Shown: one piece after another, positions 36,776 to 46,790 of the stretch
Position numbering within the stretch: position 1 is the first letter of the stretch
Layout: each line of letters opens with the position of its first letter
Assembly (NCBI GenBank): GCA_049322255.1
Contig: JBMORE010000190.1
Coordinates: forward strand, 1-46,790
DNA from: Myxococcota bacterium
GTDB taxonomy: Bacteria > Myxococcota > Myxococcia > Myxococcales > Myxococcaceae
DNA length: 46,790 bases
Direction of reading: 5' to 3'
The notes under the pieces: model-generated
Databases searched by the model: none
What the model was told of the DNA's origin: nothing
Seen by the model: only the letters and a program-made list of their open reading frames with translations
Program-made: the position numbers and the translations under genes

Positions 36776-37815
36776 CACCGGCCACGCGCCGACAACTCGA
36801 TGATTGCCTGCAACGAGAAGGGGTTGGGGGGGGCAAGCTGATCATAGGTGCACGCGCGCGGAGCCTTGTCCTCGCGCCAGCGCAAGAAGGTCGCCCCGTG
36901 GCGGAACCGGTCTCCTTGCATGTAGTCGAAGGCCACCTCGCAGACGAGCGTGGGCTCCACCGCCGTCCAAGCCAGCTCCTTGCCCGAGGACCAGCGGCTG
37001 GGGGCGCCGGGGGTGCGCCCCTCTCCGAAGCTCTTCTTTCCCTCCAGGGGGCGCAGCTTGGCCAGGAGCTCTTTCTTCTCCTTCGCTTTGAAGGACGAGG
37101 TGTGGCCCACGTGGTGGAGCACGCCGCCCTCGTCGTACAGCCCGAGCAAGAGCGAACCCACCGCGCCGCCTCCTTTAGCCTCTCGGTAGCCGCCCACCAC
37201 GCAGTCGGCGGTGCGCGCGTGCTTCACCTTCACCATCGTGCGCTCACCGGGCGTGTACGGTCCGTCGGCGCGTTTGGCGATGACCCCGTCCAGGCCCGCC
37301 CCCTCGAAACGGGCAAACCAGCGCGCGGCCTCCTCGTGGTTCAGGGTCTGCGGAGTGAGAAAGAGCGCGGCATCGGACTGTACGAGCGACTCGAGCTTCC
37401 TTCTCCGCTCGCGAAAGGGCGCTCCGCGCAGGTCCTCCTCGCCCAACGCGAGCAGGTCGAACGCCACGAAGCTCGCCGGCATCTCCTTGGCCAGCTTATT
37501 CACCCTGGAGGCCGCGGGGTGGAGCCGCAGCTGCAGAGTGTCGAACTCCAGCCCGCGTTTTCCGGCGAGAATGATTTCGCCGTCGACGATGCAGCGTTCG
37601 GGTAGGCGGGCGCGAAACGTCTCCACCAGCTCGGGGAAGTAGCGCTGCAGCGGCTGACCTTTGCGGCTGTTTAGATAGACATCCCCTCCGTCCTTGAACA
37701 CCACCGCGCGAAACCCATCCCACTTCGGCTCGTAGACCCAGCCTTCTCCGGACGGGATGTCGTCCTGCGGCAAGGCGAGCATCGGCTCGATGGGAGGAGT
37801 CAGCGGCAAAGCCAT
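36775..37815 (-). CDS. ligC: ATP-dependent DNA ligase, LigC type
   Basis: 'PMLA', motif I 'YEPKWDGFR', 'DGEI', 'FDLL', 'DGVIAKR', 'KVK', OB-fold 'GSLLLGLY..LHHVG', 'RFRHG...RWREDK'. No polymerase or nuclease domain. Confidence 0.88.
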   Translation of the reverse strand: MALPLTPPIEPMLALPQDDIPSGEGWVYEPKWDGFRAVVFKDGGDVYLNSRKGQPLQRYFPELVETFRARLPERCIVDGEIILAGKRGLEFDTLQLRLHPAASRVNKLAKEMPASFVAFDLLALGEEDLRGAPFRERRRKLESLVQSDAALFLTPQTLNHEEAARWFARFEGAGLDGVIAKRADGPYTPGERTMVKVKHARTADCVVGGYREAKGGGAVGSLLLGLYDEGGVLHHVGHTSSFKAKEKKELLAKLRPLEGKKSFGEGRTPGAPSRWSSGKELAWTAVEPTLVCEVAFDYMQGDRFRHGATFLRWREDKAPRACTYDQLAPPNPFSLQAIIELSARGR

Positions 37816-37977
37816 GGAGACTGGACTACTACCCTCTCGGGGGACTTTCGTGGAAGCAATGATGATGCAGGACGCGCACTCAACCGGAACTGGTGCGCTG
37901 TCCAGAAGTGCGCCCCGACGAAGCCGACCAGATTCATCGGCTCCCTCGGAGCGCGAGTGCGGCATTGGTTCCTGCGA

Positions 37978-38637
37978 CTACGCCACCTCAGGTATCAGCA
38001 GAAGTGGCTCCGCCTTGTCGCTCGACGCAGGAGCGAGGGCCGGCTTCTTCTTCCTTCTCACCACCTTCCGCTCGGGGACAGCAAGCCCCGAGACGGCAAG
38101 CAAGGCCTTCCCCTGCGCTACTGCCGCGTTGGCGCGGTAGAACACGTGGGAGTACTCGCGGCTGGCACGCTCGAAGTCCTCCTTCACCTGGGAAGATGCT
38201 TCTTCCACCGCCAGCCACGAAGAGCGCTTGGCGATGATTGTGCTGGCCAGGCCCGGCCCGGCGACGGGCACCCGCTCGACGTACTCAGCGACGTGTGCAG
38301 CGATGGCCGGCTCATCGTTGCCATCGGAGACGAGCACCGAGCGTGCCCCCTTGATACCAGAGATTTCGCATAGCTCGACTCCCAGCCGGACGAGGATGAC
38401 GAGCTCCTTACGCGTGGCCGCGAGGGTGGTGCGCGAGGCCGTCAGCGCTTCGGCCTTCACATCCAGATTCTCCTTCGACGCCCGAAGCTCCCTCTCCGAC
38501 TGCTGAATCTCGTCGTAGAGCGCTGCGCCTCCGGGCAGCTGGCGCAGACCCGCGCTGACCTCGCCTGAGCGCTTCATGTGGGTATTGAACTTCATATGAA
38601 TGCCGCTGATGCTTCGGCTGATGCGATTGGACGACAT
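37978..38637 (-). CDS. Orphan helical/coiled-coil protein with basic C-terminal patch
   Basis: AAGGAG RBS before ATG 38637, 219 aa open frame, heptad-like segments, 'RKVVRRKKKP'. No family recognised. Confidence 0.65.
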   Translation of the reverse strand: MSSNRISRSISGIHMKFNTHMKRSGEVSAGLRQLPGGAALYDEIQQSERELRASKENLDVKAEALTASRTTLAATRKELVILVRLGVELCEISGIKGARSVLVSDGNDEPAIAAHVAEYVERVPVAGPGLASTIIAKRSSWLAVEEASSQVKEDFERASREYSHVFYRANAAVAQGKALLAVSGLAVPERKVVRRKKKPALAPASSDKAEPLLLIPEVA

Positions 38638-38825
38638 GATGTGGACTCCTTGCTGTGGTCGGTGAATTCCGACCACGCCAGGCAGAGCAGCGACCATGCC
38701 CAACATGAAATCGAGTTATTTCAATTGGTTGAAGAGCGGCCGAACCCGAAAGCCGTCTCGCGGAGATAGAAGGAGTCCCGTCTCTGAGACGGGTAGGCCT
38801 GCGGAGTGACTCCGGGCGAGCCCGA

Positions 38826-38972
38826 AAGCCGGGCAAGTGACTCGCCCTGGTTGGGGAAGCCGGGCAAGTGACTCGCCCTGGTTGGGGAAGCCGGGCAAGT
38901 GACTCGCCCTGGTTGGGGAAGGCGGGCGAGAGACTCGCCCTGGTTGGGGAAGGCAGGCAAGTGACTCGCCCT
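38826..38972. repeat. Tandem array of ~4.7 x 31-bp units, each with an internal palindrome
   Basis: Unit AAGCCGGGCAAGTGACTCGCCCTGGTTGGGG at 38826, 38857 and 38888 (identical), 38919 (3 substitutions) and 38950 (partial). No spacers. Confidence 0.95.
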
Positions 38973-39067
38973 CGGAAGTCGCTGCTCTCTTGTCGCGGTT
39001 TTCGCGCGACGAGCTGACGCGCGTCCTTGGAAAGCGTGGGTGAGGGAGTAGTATCGGGTCGCTCCTT

Positions 39068-39436
39068 ATGAGTGACGATGCTCCTCCGCGTGGCTCGAAC
39101 CGGCGCCGGCACCCTCGCACGCCGCTCGGAATCTTGGTGCAGTTCCGCTTCGACACGTTCGAGGACTTTCTCGCCGAGTACTCCGTGAACATTTCCCCGG
39201 GGGGGATGTTCATTCGCACCACCGAGCCGCGCGAGGAGGGCTCGATGATCTATCTCCAGTTCACTTTGAAGGACGGCTCCAAGCTCATCGAAGGCCTGGG
39301 CCGGGTGGTGCGGGTCAACCCGCCCGGCGACAGGAGCCGCGAGCCCGGCATGGGCATCGAGTTCGTCAACTTCGACGAGGAGTCGATGGCGCTCATCCAG
39401 GAGATCTGCAACACCAAGACGGTATCGAAGAGCTAG
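39068..39436 (+). CDS. Stand-alone PilZ-like TIGR02266-family protein
   Basis: RRHPR (RxxxR), NISPGGMFI (NxSxxG), GRVVRV, GMGIEF. Confidence 0.88.
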   Translation: MSDDAPPRGSNRRRHPRTPLGILVQFRFDTFEDFLAEYSVNISPGGMFIRTTEPREEGSMIYLQFTLKDGSKLIEGLGRVVRVNPPGDRSREPGMGIEFVNFDEESMALIQEICNTKTVSKS

Positions 39437-39438
39437 GC

Positions 39439-40869
39439 TTGGTGCTGCTCAAGTCCTTACGCTCGCGCCTGCTCGCCGCCTTCCTCTTACCCGCCCTGGC
39501 GCTCTTTGGCGTCGCCGGCTGGGCGGGCTACACGCTCTCCCGCGGCATCCTCGAGGATGAGCTGGGGCATAGCCTCTCGGCCATCGCCGCCGCCGCCGCC
39601 TCGCAGCTGAGCGGGGAGCGCTTGCTCTCCATCGAGCCGGGGGACGATGCGGGCGAGGGCACCCGCACCCACCGAAACCTCCTGCGCCAGCTCACGGAGG
39701 TAAAAGCAGCCGCGGGGGCTCGGCGGGTGTTCGCTTTCGACGCCCTGGGCAAGGTGCGCATCGACGCGGGCGGAGCGCTGCCGGTAGGGGCCGAGGTGCC
39801 TGAGCTGGCGCGCGATCGGCTGGAGCTTTCACGCGTCTTCGCCGGCGAGCGGGCGGCCTCCCAAGTTCTCTTCGAGGGCAGCGACGGCCGGCTCTACAAG
39901 ACGGGCTACGCGCCGGTTCTGCACGAGGGGAAGGTGAAAGGCGCCATCGGCGTGGAGGGAAGCGCCGAGTTCTTCGGCCCCCTCACCCGCCTCTTCCGCG
40001 CCTATGCGGTGCTGGTGGGAAGCGCGCTCGTTTTGCTCGCGGCGGTGGCGGTGCTGAGCGCGCGAGCACTCTCCCGGCCGCTCCACCGGCTGATGGAGAG
40101 CGCGTTGCGCATCGGCGGCGGCGACTTGGAGACTCCGGTGCGCGCGGAGCCCACCCACGAGATTGGCGTGCTCGCCGGAGAGCTGGAAGAGATGCGCAAG
40201 GGCCTTCTAAGCCGCGACCGCCAGCTGAAGATGATGCTCGCCGGCGTGGCCCACGAGGTGCGTAACCCCATCGGAGGCATCGGGCTGTTCGCCGGCTTGC
40301 TCGCCGAAGAGCTCGCCGGGCACGCCGACGTCGGCGAAGCCAAAGACCACGTGCGCCGGATTCAAAAAGAAATCGACTACCTCAAGCGCATCGTGGAGGA
40401 CTTCCTCGCCTTTGCCCGCGAGCAGAAGCTCTCGCGCTCGCCCATCGACGCGCGCTCGCTCATCGAGGCCTCCCGGGAGCTGATGGCTCCCGACGCCGCG
40501 CGCAAAGAGGTCGAGCTTGCGCTTTCCGCCGAGGCGGGCACGGTGGAGGCAGACCCAAATCTCTTGCTCGCCGCCATCGTGAACCTGGTGAAGAACGCGG
40601 TGCAGGCCGCTCCGCCCAACTCACAGGTGGAGCTGCGGGGAGCGGCGGTGAACGGGCGCTACCGCATCGAAGTCGTAGACCAGGGCGCTGGCATTCCTCC
40701 CGAGATGGCGGAGCGAATCTTCGAGCCCTTTTTCACCACCCGGGAAAAGGGAACGGGGCTGGGTCTGCCGCTGGCGCAGAAGATTGCCCGCGCCCACCAG
40801 GGCGAGCTGGAGGTGCGCTCCCAGCCGGGGAGCACGGTGTTTCGCCTCGAGCTGCCCTTGAAGGTATAA
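39439..40869 (+). CDS. Membrane sensor histidine kinase with HAMP domain
   Basis: Two TM segments, HAMP, H-box 'AGVAHEVRNP', N-box 'NLVKNA', 'DQGAGI', 'FEPFFTT', 'GTGLGL'. Confidence 0.93.
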   Translation: MVLLKSLRSRLLAAFLLPALALFGVAGWAGYTLSRGILEDELGHSLSAIAAAAASQLSGERLLSIEPGDDAGEGTRTHRNLLRQLTEVKAAAGARRVFAFDALGKVRIDAGGALPVGAEVPELARDRLELSRVFAGERAASQVLFEGSDGRLYKTGYAPVLHEGKVKGAIGVEGSAEFFGPLTRLFRAYAVLVGSALVLLAAVAVLSARALSRPLHRLMESALRIGGGDLETPVRAEPTHEIGVLAGELEEMRKGLLSRDRQLKMMLAGVAHEVRNPIGGIGLFAGLLAEELAGHADVGEAKDHVRRIQKEIDYLKRIVEDFLAFAREQKLSRSPIDARSLIEASRELMAPDAARKEVELALSAEAGTVEADPNLLLAAIVNLVKNAVQAAPPNSQVELRGAAVNGRYRIEVVDQGAGIPPEMAERIFEPFFTTREKGTGLGLPLAQKIARAHQGELEVRSQPGSTVFRLELPLKV

Positions 40870-40877
40870 GAGCGGCG

Positions 40878-41684
40878 ATGCCCGTGCGCGCCCCCTCCTT
40901 CGGTCACGAGTCGTTTCAGAACCTCTTGCGCGAGGTCTACGGCGCGCGCCTGACGCTCAAGGACGGCGGGAAGAAGGGCGTGGTGGATCCGAGCGACATC
41001 CTCATCCTCCGCCAAAAGAGCGGAAAGCTGGTGAAGACCAAGCTGGGAAAGACGCGCTACGAGCAGGCGAAGATGCAGCTGCACGTCGTTTCGGCGGCGC
41101 GCGCCTTCGCCGACGCCGGAGTGGCCTTTTCCCACTCGAGCAAGACCGACCGGGTGAACCAGAAGCTCTGGTGGATGGGCTACGGAGGGAAGATGGGTCT
41201 GCGTCAGGGCAAGCGGCCCTCCGATGCGGTCAACGACGTCTTCACCAACGGCCACAAGTACGCCATGGAGTGCGCCACCGCGACGCTGCTCATCCTCTAC
41301 AAGGGCATTCTCGACCGCATCGGCCCCAAGGACTTCGACGAGGCGTTCGCCAAGACGCGCCTGTTCCGCTGGGAGATTGAGGACGACGACTTCACCAAGG
41401 CCAAACGCACCGGAAAGCTCCCCGGGTTCTGGCCAGGCGACCACACCTACTTCAAAAACCCCGACTTCGACCCCGCGCACAGCGCTTTCCAGGGCGAGAA
41501 CGTCATCTACCTGGGCAAGAACGAGTACTTCGGCCACGGCACCGGCATCTTGACGAAGAAAGAGCTCGTCGAGCTCCTCAACTCCATGCGCCGCCCGGGC
41601 TCCTCCCGCAGCGCCTTCCGCGACGGGTTCGAGCTGCGGCTCGACCCCAAGCACATCGGCAAGCTGGACAAGCGCGACGACTAG
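40878..41684 (+). CDS. tgl: Protein-glutamine gamma-glutamyltransferase of the Bacillus Tgl family (not the Myxococcus pilotin Tgl)
   Basis: 'PSDAVNDVF.NG.KYAMECATA..L.YK', 'PGDHTYFKNPDFDP....QGENVIYLG...YFGHG.GI' follow the Bacillus Tgl motif series. Confidence 0.85.
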   Translation: MPVRAPSFGHESFQNLLREVYGARLTLKDGGKKGVVDPSDILILRQKSGKLVKTKLGKTRYEQAKMQLHVVSAARAFADAGVAFSHSSKTDRVNQKLWWMGYGGKMGLRQGKRPSDAVNDVFTNGHKYAMECATATLLILYKGILDRIGPKDFDEAFAKTRLFRWEIEDDDFTKAKRTGKLPGFWPGDHTYFKNPDFDPAHSAFQGENVIYLGKNEYFGHGTGILTKKELVELLNSMRRPGSSRSAFRDGFELRLDPKHIGKLDKRDD

Positions 41685-41693
41685 GCAAGAAGC

Positions 41694-43111
<1,418 letters not shown>

Positions 43112-43115
<4 letters not shown>

Positions 43116-43801
43116 GTGGTGGGCGCGCCGTTGGGCGCCGCTCTCCCCATGATTTTCTTGGTGACGAGCACATAGAGCGCAAGCGCCAAAAGGCATGCGG
43201 GTATCAGCCACACCATGTTGGCGCCGATCATCGCCTTCCCGGTGTGCACCAGCTCGGCCCAGCTCATCTGCGCGGTCTTGGCGCCGATGCTGAAACCCAC
43301 CGCGGTGAGCACGGTCACCCAGATGCCCGCCCCCAGCCCGGTCCACAGGGTGAACGCTCCCAGGGGCATGCGCGCGATGCCGGCGGGAATGGAGATGAGC
43401 TGGCGAATCGCCGGGAGCAGCCGGCAGACGAAGGTGGCGCCGGCGCCGTACTTGAGAAAAACCTCCTCCGCGCGCTGCAGGCTGGCCGGGGGGAGGAAGA
43501 AATACTTCCCGTAGCGCTGAAGAAACGGCTTTCCCAGCCGAACGGCCAAAAAGTAATTCACGTATGCGCCGGCGAGCGAGCCCAAGGTGCCCATCAGCGC
43601 GGCGAGGGTGGCATCGGTCAGCGGGCTACCCAGGGTGAGGTGGCTGCGCGCGGCCAGAAAGCCCGCCGGAATCATCACCACCTCGCTGGGGAAGGGGATG
43701 AAGGAGCTCTCGATGGTCATGAAGAAAAAGACGAAAAAGAAACCCCAGGTGGGCGCGTGCGTCGCCACCGTCTCGATGTAGCCAATCAGCGTCTCTGTCA
43801 C
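43112..43801 (-). CDS. DedA-family membrane protein
   Basis: '[18 protein letters not shown]', 'F..YG...[20 protein letters not shown]'. GTG 43801 with GGAGG RBS. Confidence 0.9.
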
Positions 43802-43991
43802 GAAAGCGCCTCCAAAAACGAGGGGCGGTCTAACACAGCCCCCTCGAAAATTCGTGATCCGCCGCGGCCCTTGCCAACTTTCCGAGTGCCTTTCCAAACC
43901 AACCCAAAGCTCCTACCCGTACCCAGTTGACCAGCCTGCCGGAATTCTTCATCTTTTACCGGTCTCCACCAGGGCGTACCCCGCCTGCGAA

Positions 43992-44007
43992 TGGCACCCC
44001 GGTTGCT
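43992..44007 (+). promoter_or_regulatory. Sigma54 (-24/-12) promoter
   Basis: TGGCACCCCGGTTGCT fits TGGCAC-N5-TTGCW with exact GG-N10-GC spacing, 16 nt before ATG 44024. Confidence 0.7.
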
Positions 44008-44023
44008 TCAAGTAAGCATCGCG

Positions 44024-45142
44024 ATGAAGCCGCTTTCTTCCTGCCTCGTGCTGGCGCTTTCCTTCGGGCTGCCCGCCTGGGGAGCGACCGCGCTGGAAGC
44101 GGCACGCGCGGCGGCCCATGACGCCCGGCAGAAGGTGAACGACGTCCGCTCCCGCCAGATGGTGTTGCGGGGGGAGCTGAACCAGGTGGCCACGCGCATC
44201 GAGACCCTCAAGGCCCAACGCCCGGGCAAGCTTCTACCGGGGGCCGAGCTGGAGTCGGCGCTGCGTCGCTCGCAGGAGCTCTCCGCGGAACTGACCCAGC
44301 TCGCCCAAGCGCTCGCCGCCTCCGAATCGGCCTCCGAAAAAGAGCACCTGTCGCTGCTCTCGGCCCTTTCCGACGAGCTCGGGCGCGCGCGCGGTGAATT
44401 CGACCGTGCCACCGACCCCGCGGCGCGCAAAGAGCTCATCGCACGTATGCGGGCCCTGCGCGCCGAGCGGGAGCAGGTGCGCGCCGCGCTGCCGGCCAGC
44501 TCGGTACCCGTGCTGGGACCTGCGAGCGCTGCCTCCGACGACCCGGAGGACCTGCTCGAGCAAGCCGACGCGCTGCGAGACCGCGAAGACAAGGTGCGGC
44601 GTGAGCTGGCGGCACTCGAAGCGCTCATCACCGAACACCGCGAGGAGCGCGAGCTCGACCGTCGGATGGGCGAGTTCTTGGGCGACGAGAACATCTTCGA
44701 CGAGCACGACCGCCGCTTCCGCATGAGCAAAGAGAGCGTCGAACGCGTGCAAACCACCTCCGCGTCTCCGGCACAGAGCGGCGGGTTCAACTTCGGCGCC
44801 GCCCCTCAGGCCGACTCGGCCGAGGCCGCAGCGGGCGGCGCGCCCGAGCCCGCCGGGAGCCTCAACGACCCGGCCCCCAGCGTGGGCACCGCGCGCGATG
44901 TGAACCAGGGAGAGAAGGCCCTGCAACCTCCGCCGGAGACGACCGAAAGCGTGGTCACCCGCAGCGCGCGCGCCTCCGATGCGCACCCCAACGTGGGTGG
45001 CGGTCGCGCCTCGGCCCTGGCCGGCGGGAAGCCCGACGACCTCGACGCCCTCGAGCTTCAGCGGCAAAAGCTCAAAGGCCTCGCCGAGGAGCTGCGCTCG
45101 AAGGCGAAGAAGCTCGAGGAGCAGGCCAAAGCGCTGCGTTAG
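44024..45142 (+). CDS. Exported coiled-coil hypothetical protein
   Basis: Signal peptide ending AWG, long heptad helices, Ala/Pro/Ser-rich segment, terminal helix. Confidence 0.7.
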   Translation: MKPLSSCLVLALSFGLPAWGATALEAARAAAHDARQKVNDVRSRQMVLRGELNQVATRIETLKAQRPGKLLPGAELESALRRSQELSAELTQLAQALAASESASEKEHLSLLSALSDELGRARGEFDRATDPAARKELIARMRALRAEREQVRAALPASSVPVLGPASAASDDPEDLLEQADALRDREDKVRRELAALEALITEHREERELDRRMGEFLGDENIFDEHDRRFRMSKESVERVQTTSASPAQSGGFNFGAAPQADSAEAAAGGAPEPAGSLNDPAPSVGTARDVNQGEKALQPPPETTESVVTRSARASDAHPNVGGGRASALAGGKPDDLDALELQRQKLKGLAEELRSKAKKLEEQAKALR

Positions 45143-45666
45143 AAGGCGCCCAGCTCCACCGTCAGGTCTACCAACATCTCCACCCGCGTGTCCTTGGGCG
45201 GCTGCCGGCCTCTACCGCGCACGATGAAGCTCATCGAGGGTGCCGCCGCGAAAGCGCGCAGCTCGGCCCGCGTCGGCTCCAGCGCCAGCGTCGGGTTGGG
45301 GGCGGACAGGCCCAGCTCGGCGATGCCGCTTTTTTGCGCCACCAGGGTCTCCTGGTCTGCGGCGCGCGCGTACAGCTCCAGCGTGTCGAGGAAAGAGACG
45401 TCTTGCTCCGGCGGGCTCAAGATTTTCATGCGCACCTCTTCGGCTTTCACCGAGCGCACCAAGTCCTTGGTGACGCCCTGACCGCGGAAGTCCTGGTGGG
45501 TGTCGAGATCGACGTTGGAGAAGCTCGCCACCGTGGGGAAGGCGTTGAGCTCGGCTCCCCCCGGAGCGCCGGCGACCGTGGCCTCGCCCTTCACCTCGGC
45601 GTGGAAGATGTTGGGCTGGCAGCCGGGAGCCAACAGGAAGAGGAGCGTGAGGGAGGACCGCTGCAT
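45139..45666 (-). CDS. Hypothetical lipoprotein
   Basis: MQRSSLTLLFLLAPGC lipobox-like start, beta-rich body. Confidence 0.65.
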   Translation of the reverse strand: MQRSSLTLLFLLAPGCQPNIFHAEVKGEATVAGAPGGAELNAFPTVASFSNVDLDTHQDFRGQGVTKDLVRSVKAEEVRMKILSPPEQDVSFLDTLELYARAADQETLVAQKSGIAELGLSAPNPTLALEPTRAELRAFAAAPSMSFIVRGRGRQPPKDTRVEMLVDLTVELGAF

Positions 45667-45717
45667 CGAGCCCCACTCTAACGGCCAACCCGTGATTGCC
45701 GCTATGGTCCCCCTCCC

Positions 45718-46773
45718 GTGGGTGGACGGCTCGCTCTTTTCGCCCTGACCATCATGTGCGCGGCCCCCCTCCACGCGGCCTCGTCGGGGAGCCTCCGCCT
45801 CTTCCTCGGCACCGGCTACGACAGCAACGCGCGGCGCGACTTCGTCACCCCCGACCACGGCAACGGAGTGGTGGCCGAGCCCGACCTGGCCTTGAGCGCC
45901 CTCGGCTCGGTCGACGGCTTCTTGCAGGGGGCCTCCAGCCAGGCCAAGGGGAGCTACGACCTAGGGGTGCGCAAGTTCCTCCGGCTGCCTTCGGAGGATG
46001 TCCTCGTTCAGGCGGCGTCGATGGAAGGTTCGGTGCTGTTGGGCAAGTCGTTCGGCGCTGGCCTCACCGCGCGAGGCAAGGACCGAAGAGGCGGCGACCG
46101 TGACTACTCCGACCTGGCGGCGCGTGCCTTCGTCGAGCTGGTGCCCGACCCGCGCGTCGAGCTCAAAGCCGACGTGGGCGCCCACCGCTTCCTCTATTGG
46201 AATCGCTTCGACTACAGCTTCTTTGCCACCGAGGTGGGGTTGTTCGGGCGCTACCGCTTCGACCGCCGCCACAGCGTCTTCGTCTACGGCGACGCCAGCC
46301 CGCGCCGCTACCAGGGCCTGACCAACACCAACCCCGGCGACCTCCAGCCGCCGCCGCCCTCGCGCCGCGAAGACTTCGTCCTCACCACCAGCGCGGGCTA
46401 TGCCTTTCGCGGGCCCTTCACCCTCTCCTTGTCCTACGCCTTCACCGAGCAGGCGTCGAACAGCTACGGGGAGACGGCGCTTCGCCACCGTCTGAATGCC
46501 ACCGGCGGGTTTCGGCTGCCCTGGCAGCTGACGTTGCTCGCCCAGCTGGCCGTCCAGCTGTCGCGCTACCCCGACGGAGTGTTCCTCTCCAGCGAGCTGA
46601 ACATCGTGGAGGACGACGAGAGCCACAACTCGGCCTCGCTCAAGCTGGTCCGCCCGGTGTCGAAGCGGGTGGACGTGGAGCTGCGTTACGCGCTCTACCA
46701 GAACCGGCTGCCCCAGAACGGCCTTACCTACCTGCGGCAGACGGGATGGGTGGGGCTGACGTGGCGGTTGTGA
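45718..46773 (+). CDS. Outer-membrane beta-barrel hypothetical protein
   Basis: Signal peptide, 'GTGYDSNA' first strand, alternating aromatic strands, C-terminal 'WVGLTWRL'. Confidence 0.7.
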   Translation: MGGRLALFALTIMCAAPLHAASSGSLRLFLGTGYDSNARRDFVTPDHGNGVVAEPDLALSALGSVDGFLQGASSQAKGSYDLGVRKFLRLPSEDVLVQAASMEGSVLLGKSFGAGLTARGKDRRGGDRDYSDLAARAFVELVPDPRVELKADVGAHRFLYWNRFDYSFFATEVGLFGRYRFDRRHSVFVYGDASPRRYQGLTNTNPGDLQPPPPSRREDFVLTTSAGYAFRGPFTLSLSYAFTEQASNSYGETALRHRLNATGGFRLPWQLTLLAQLAVQLSRYPDGVFLSSELNIVEDDESHNSASLKLVRPVSKRVDVELRYALYQNRLPQNGLTYLRQTGWVGLTWRL

Positions 46774-46790
46774 TAGGTCGCTTCGCCATG

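Noticed and set aside
36775..37815. Complete NHEJ (Ku-LigD) system
   Set aside because: Only a stand-alone ligase domain is present, with no Ku or primase-polymerase gene in the window.
38826..38972. CRISPR array
   Set aside because: Units are contiguous with a near-constant linker, there are no unique spacers, and no cas genes are in the window.
38408..39222. ORFs crossing the tandem repeat (38408..39112, 38716..39222, 38721..38960)
   Set aside because: The 31-bp period cycles through all frames and has no stop on that strand, which gives repetitive pseudo-peptides. The two longer ORFs also overlap better-supported genes.

Overview
GC-rich bacterial chromosome window, most likely from a myxobacterium (Myxococcota). 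This is inferred from two TIGR02266-type PilZ proteins, a PilZ-Hsp70 fusion, Cys-rich lipoproteins and a sigma54 enhancer-binding protein. The assembly is a draft, with one 100-N gap at 5046-5145. It holds about 40 CDS and one tRNA-Pro(CGG); no rRNA, CRISPR, integrase or transposase was seen. Recognisable housekeeping genes are aat (partial), acyl-CoA dehydrogenase, rpe, pyk, LigC-type ligase, NFACT/RqcH, DedA and an M50 protease. The least explained parts are: (1) a Bacillus-type spore-coat transglutaminase (Tgl) homologue with intact catalytic motifs, between a histidine kinase and a sigma54 response regulator; (2) an operon of an outer-membrane beta-barrel plus two paralogous ~1400-aa metzincin lipoproteins; (3) an array of ~4.7 tandem 31-nt hairpin repeats in a structured leader upstream of an orphan helical protein; (4) a DUF2946-like His/Cys uORF ending in an RAPP-like motif, upstream of a metal-uptake operon; (5) an HTH-EgtD methyltransferase fusion; (6) a REP-like palindrome found both intergenically and in frame inside the NFACT gene. 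All family calls come from motif recognition by eye; no database search was run.
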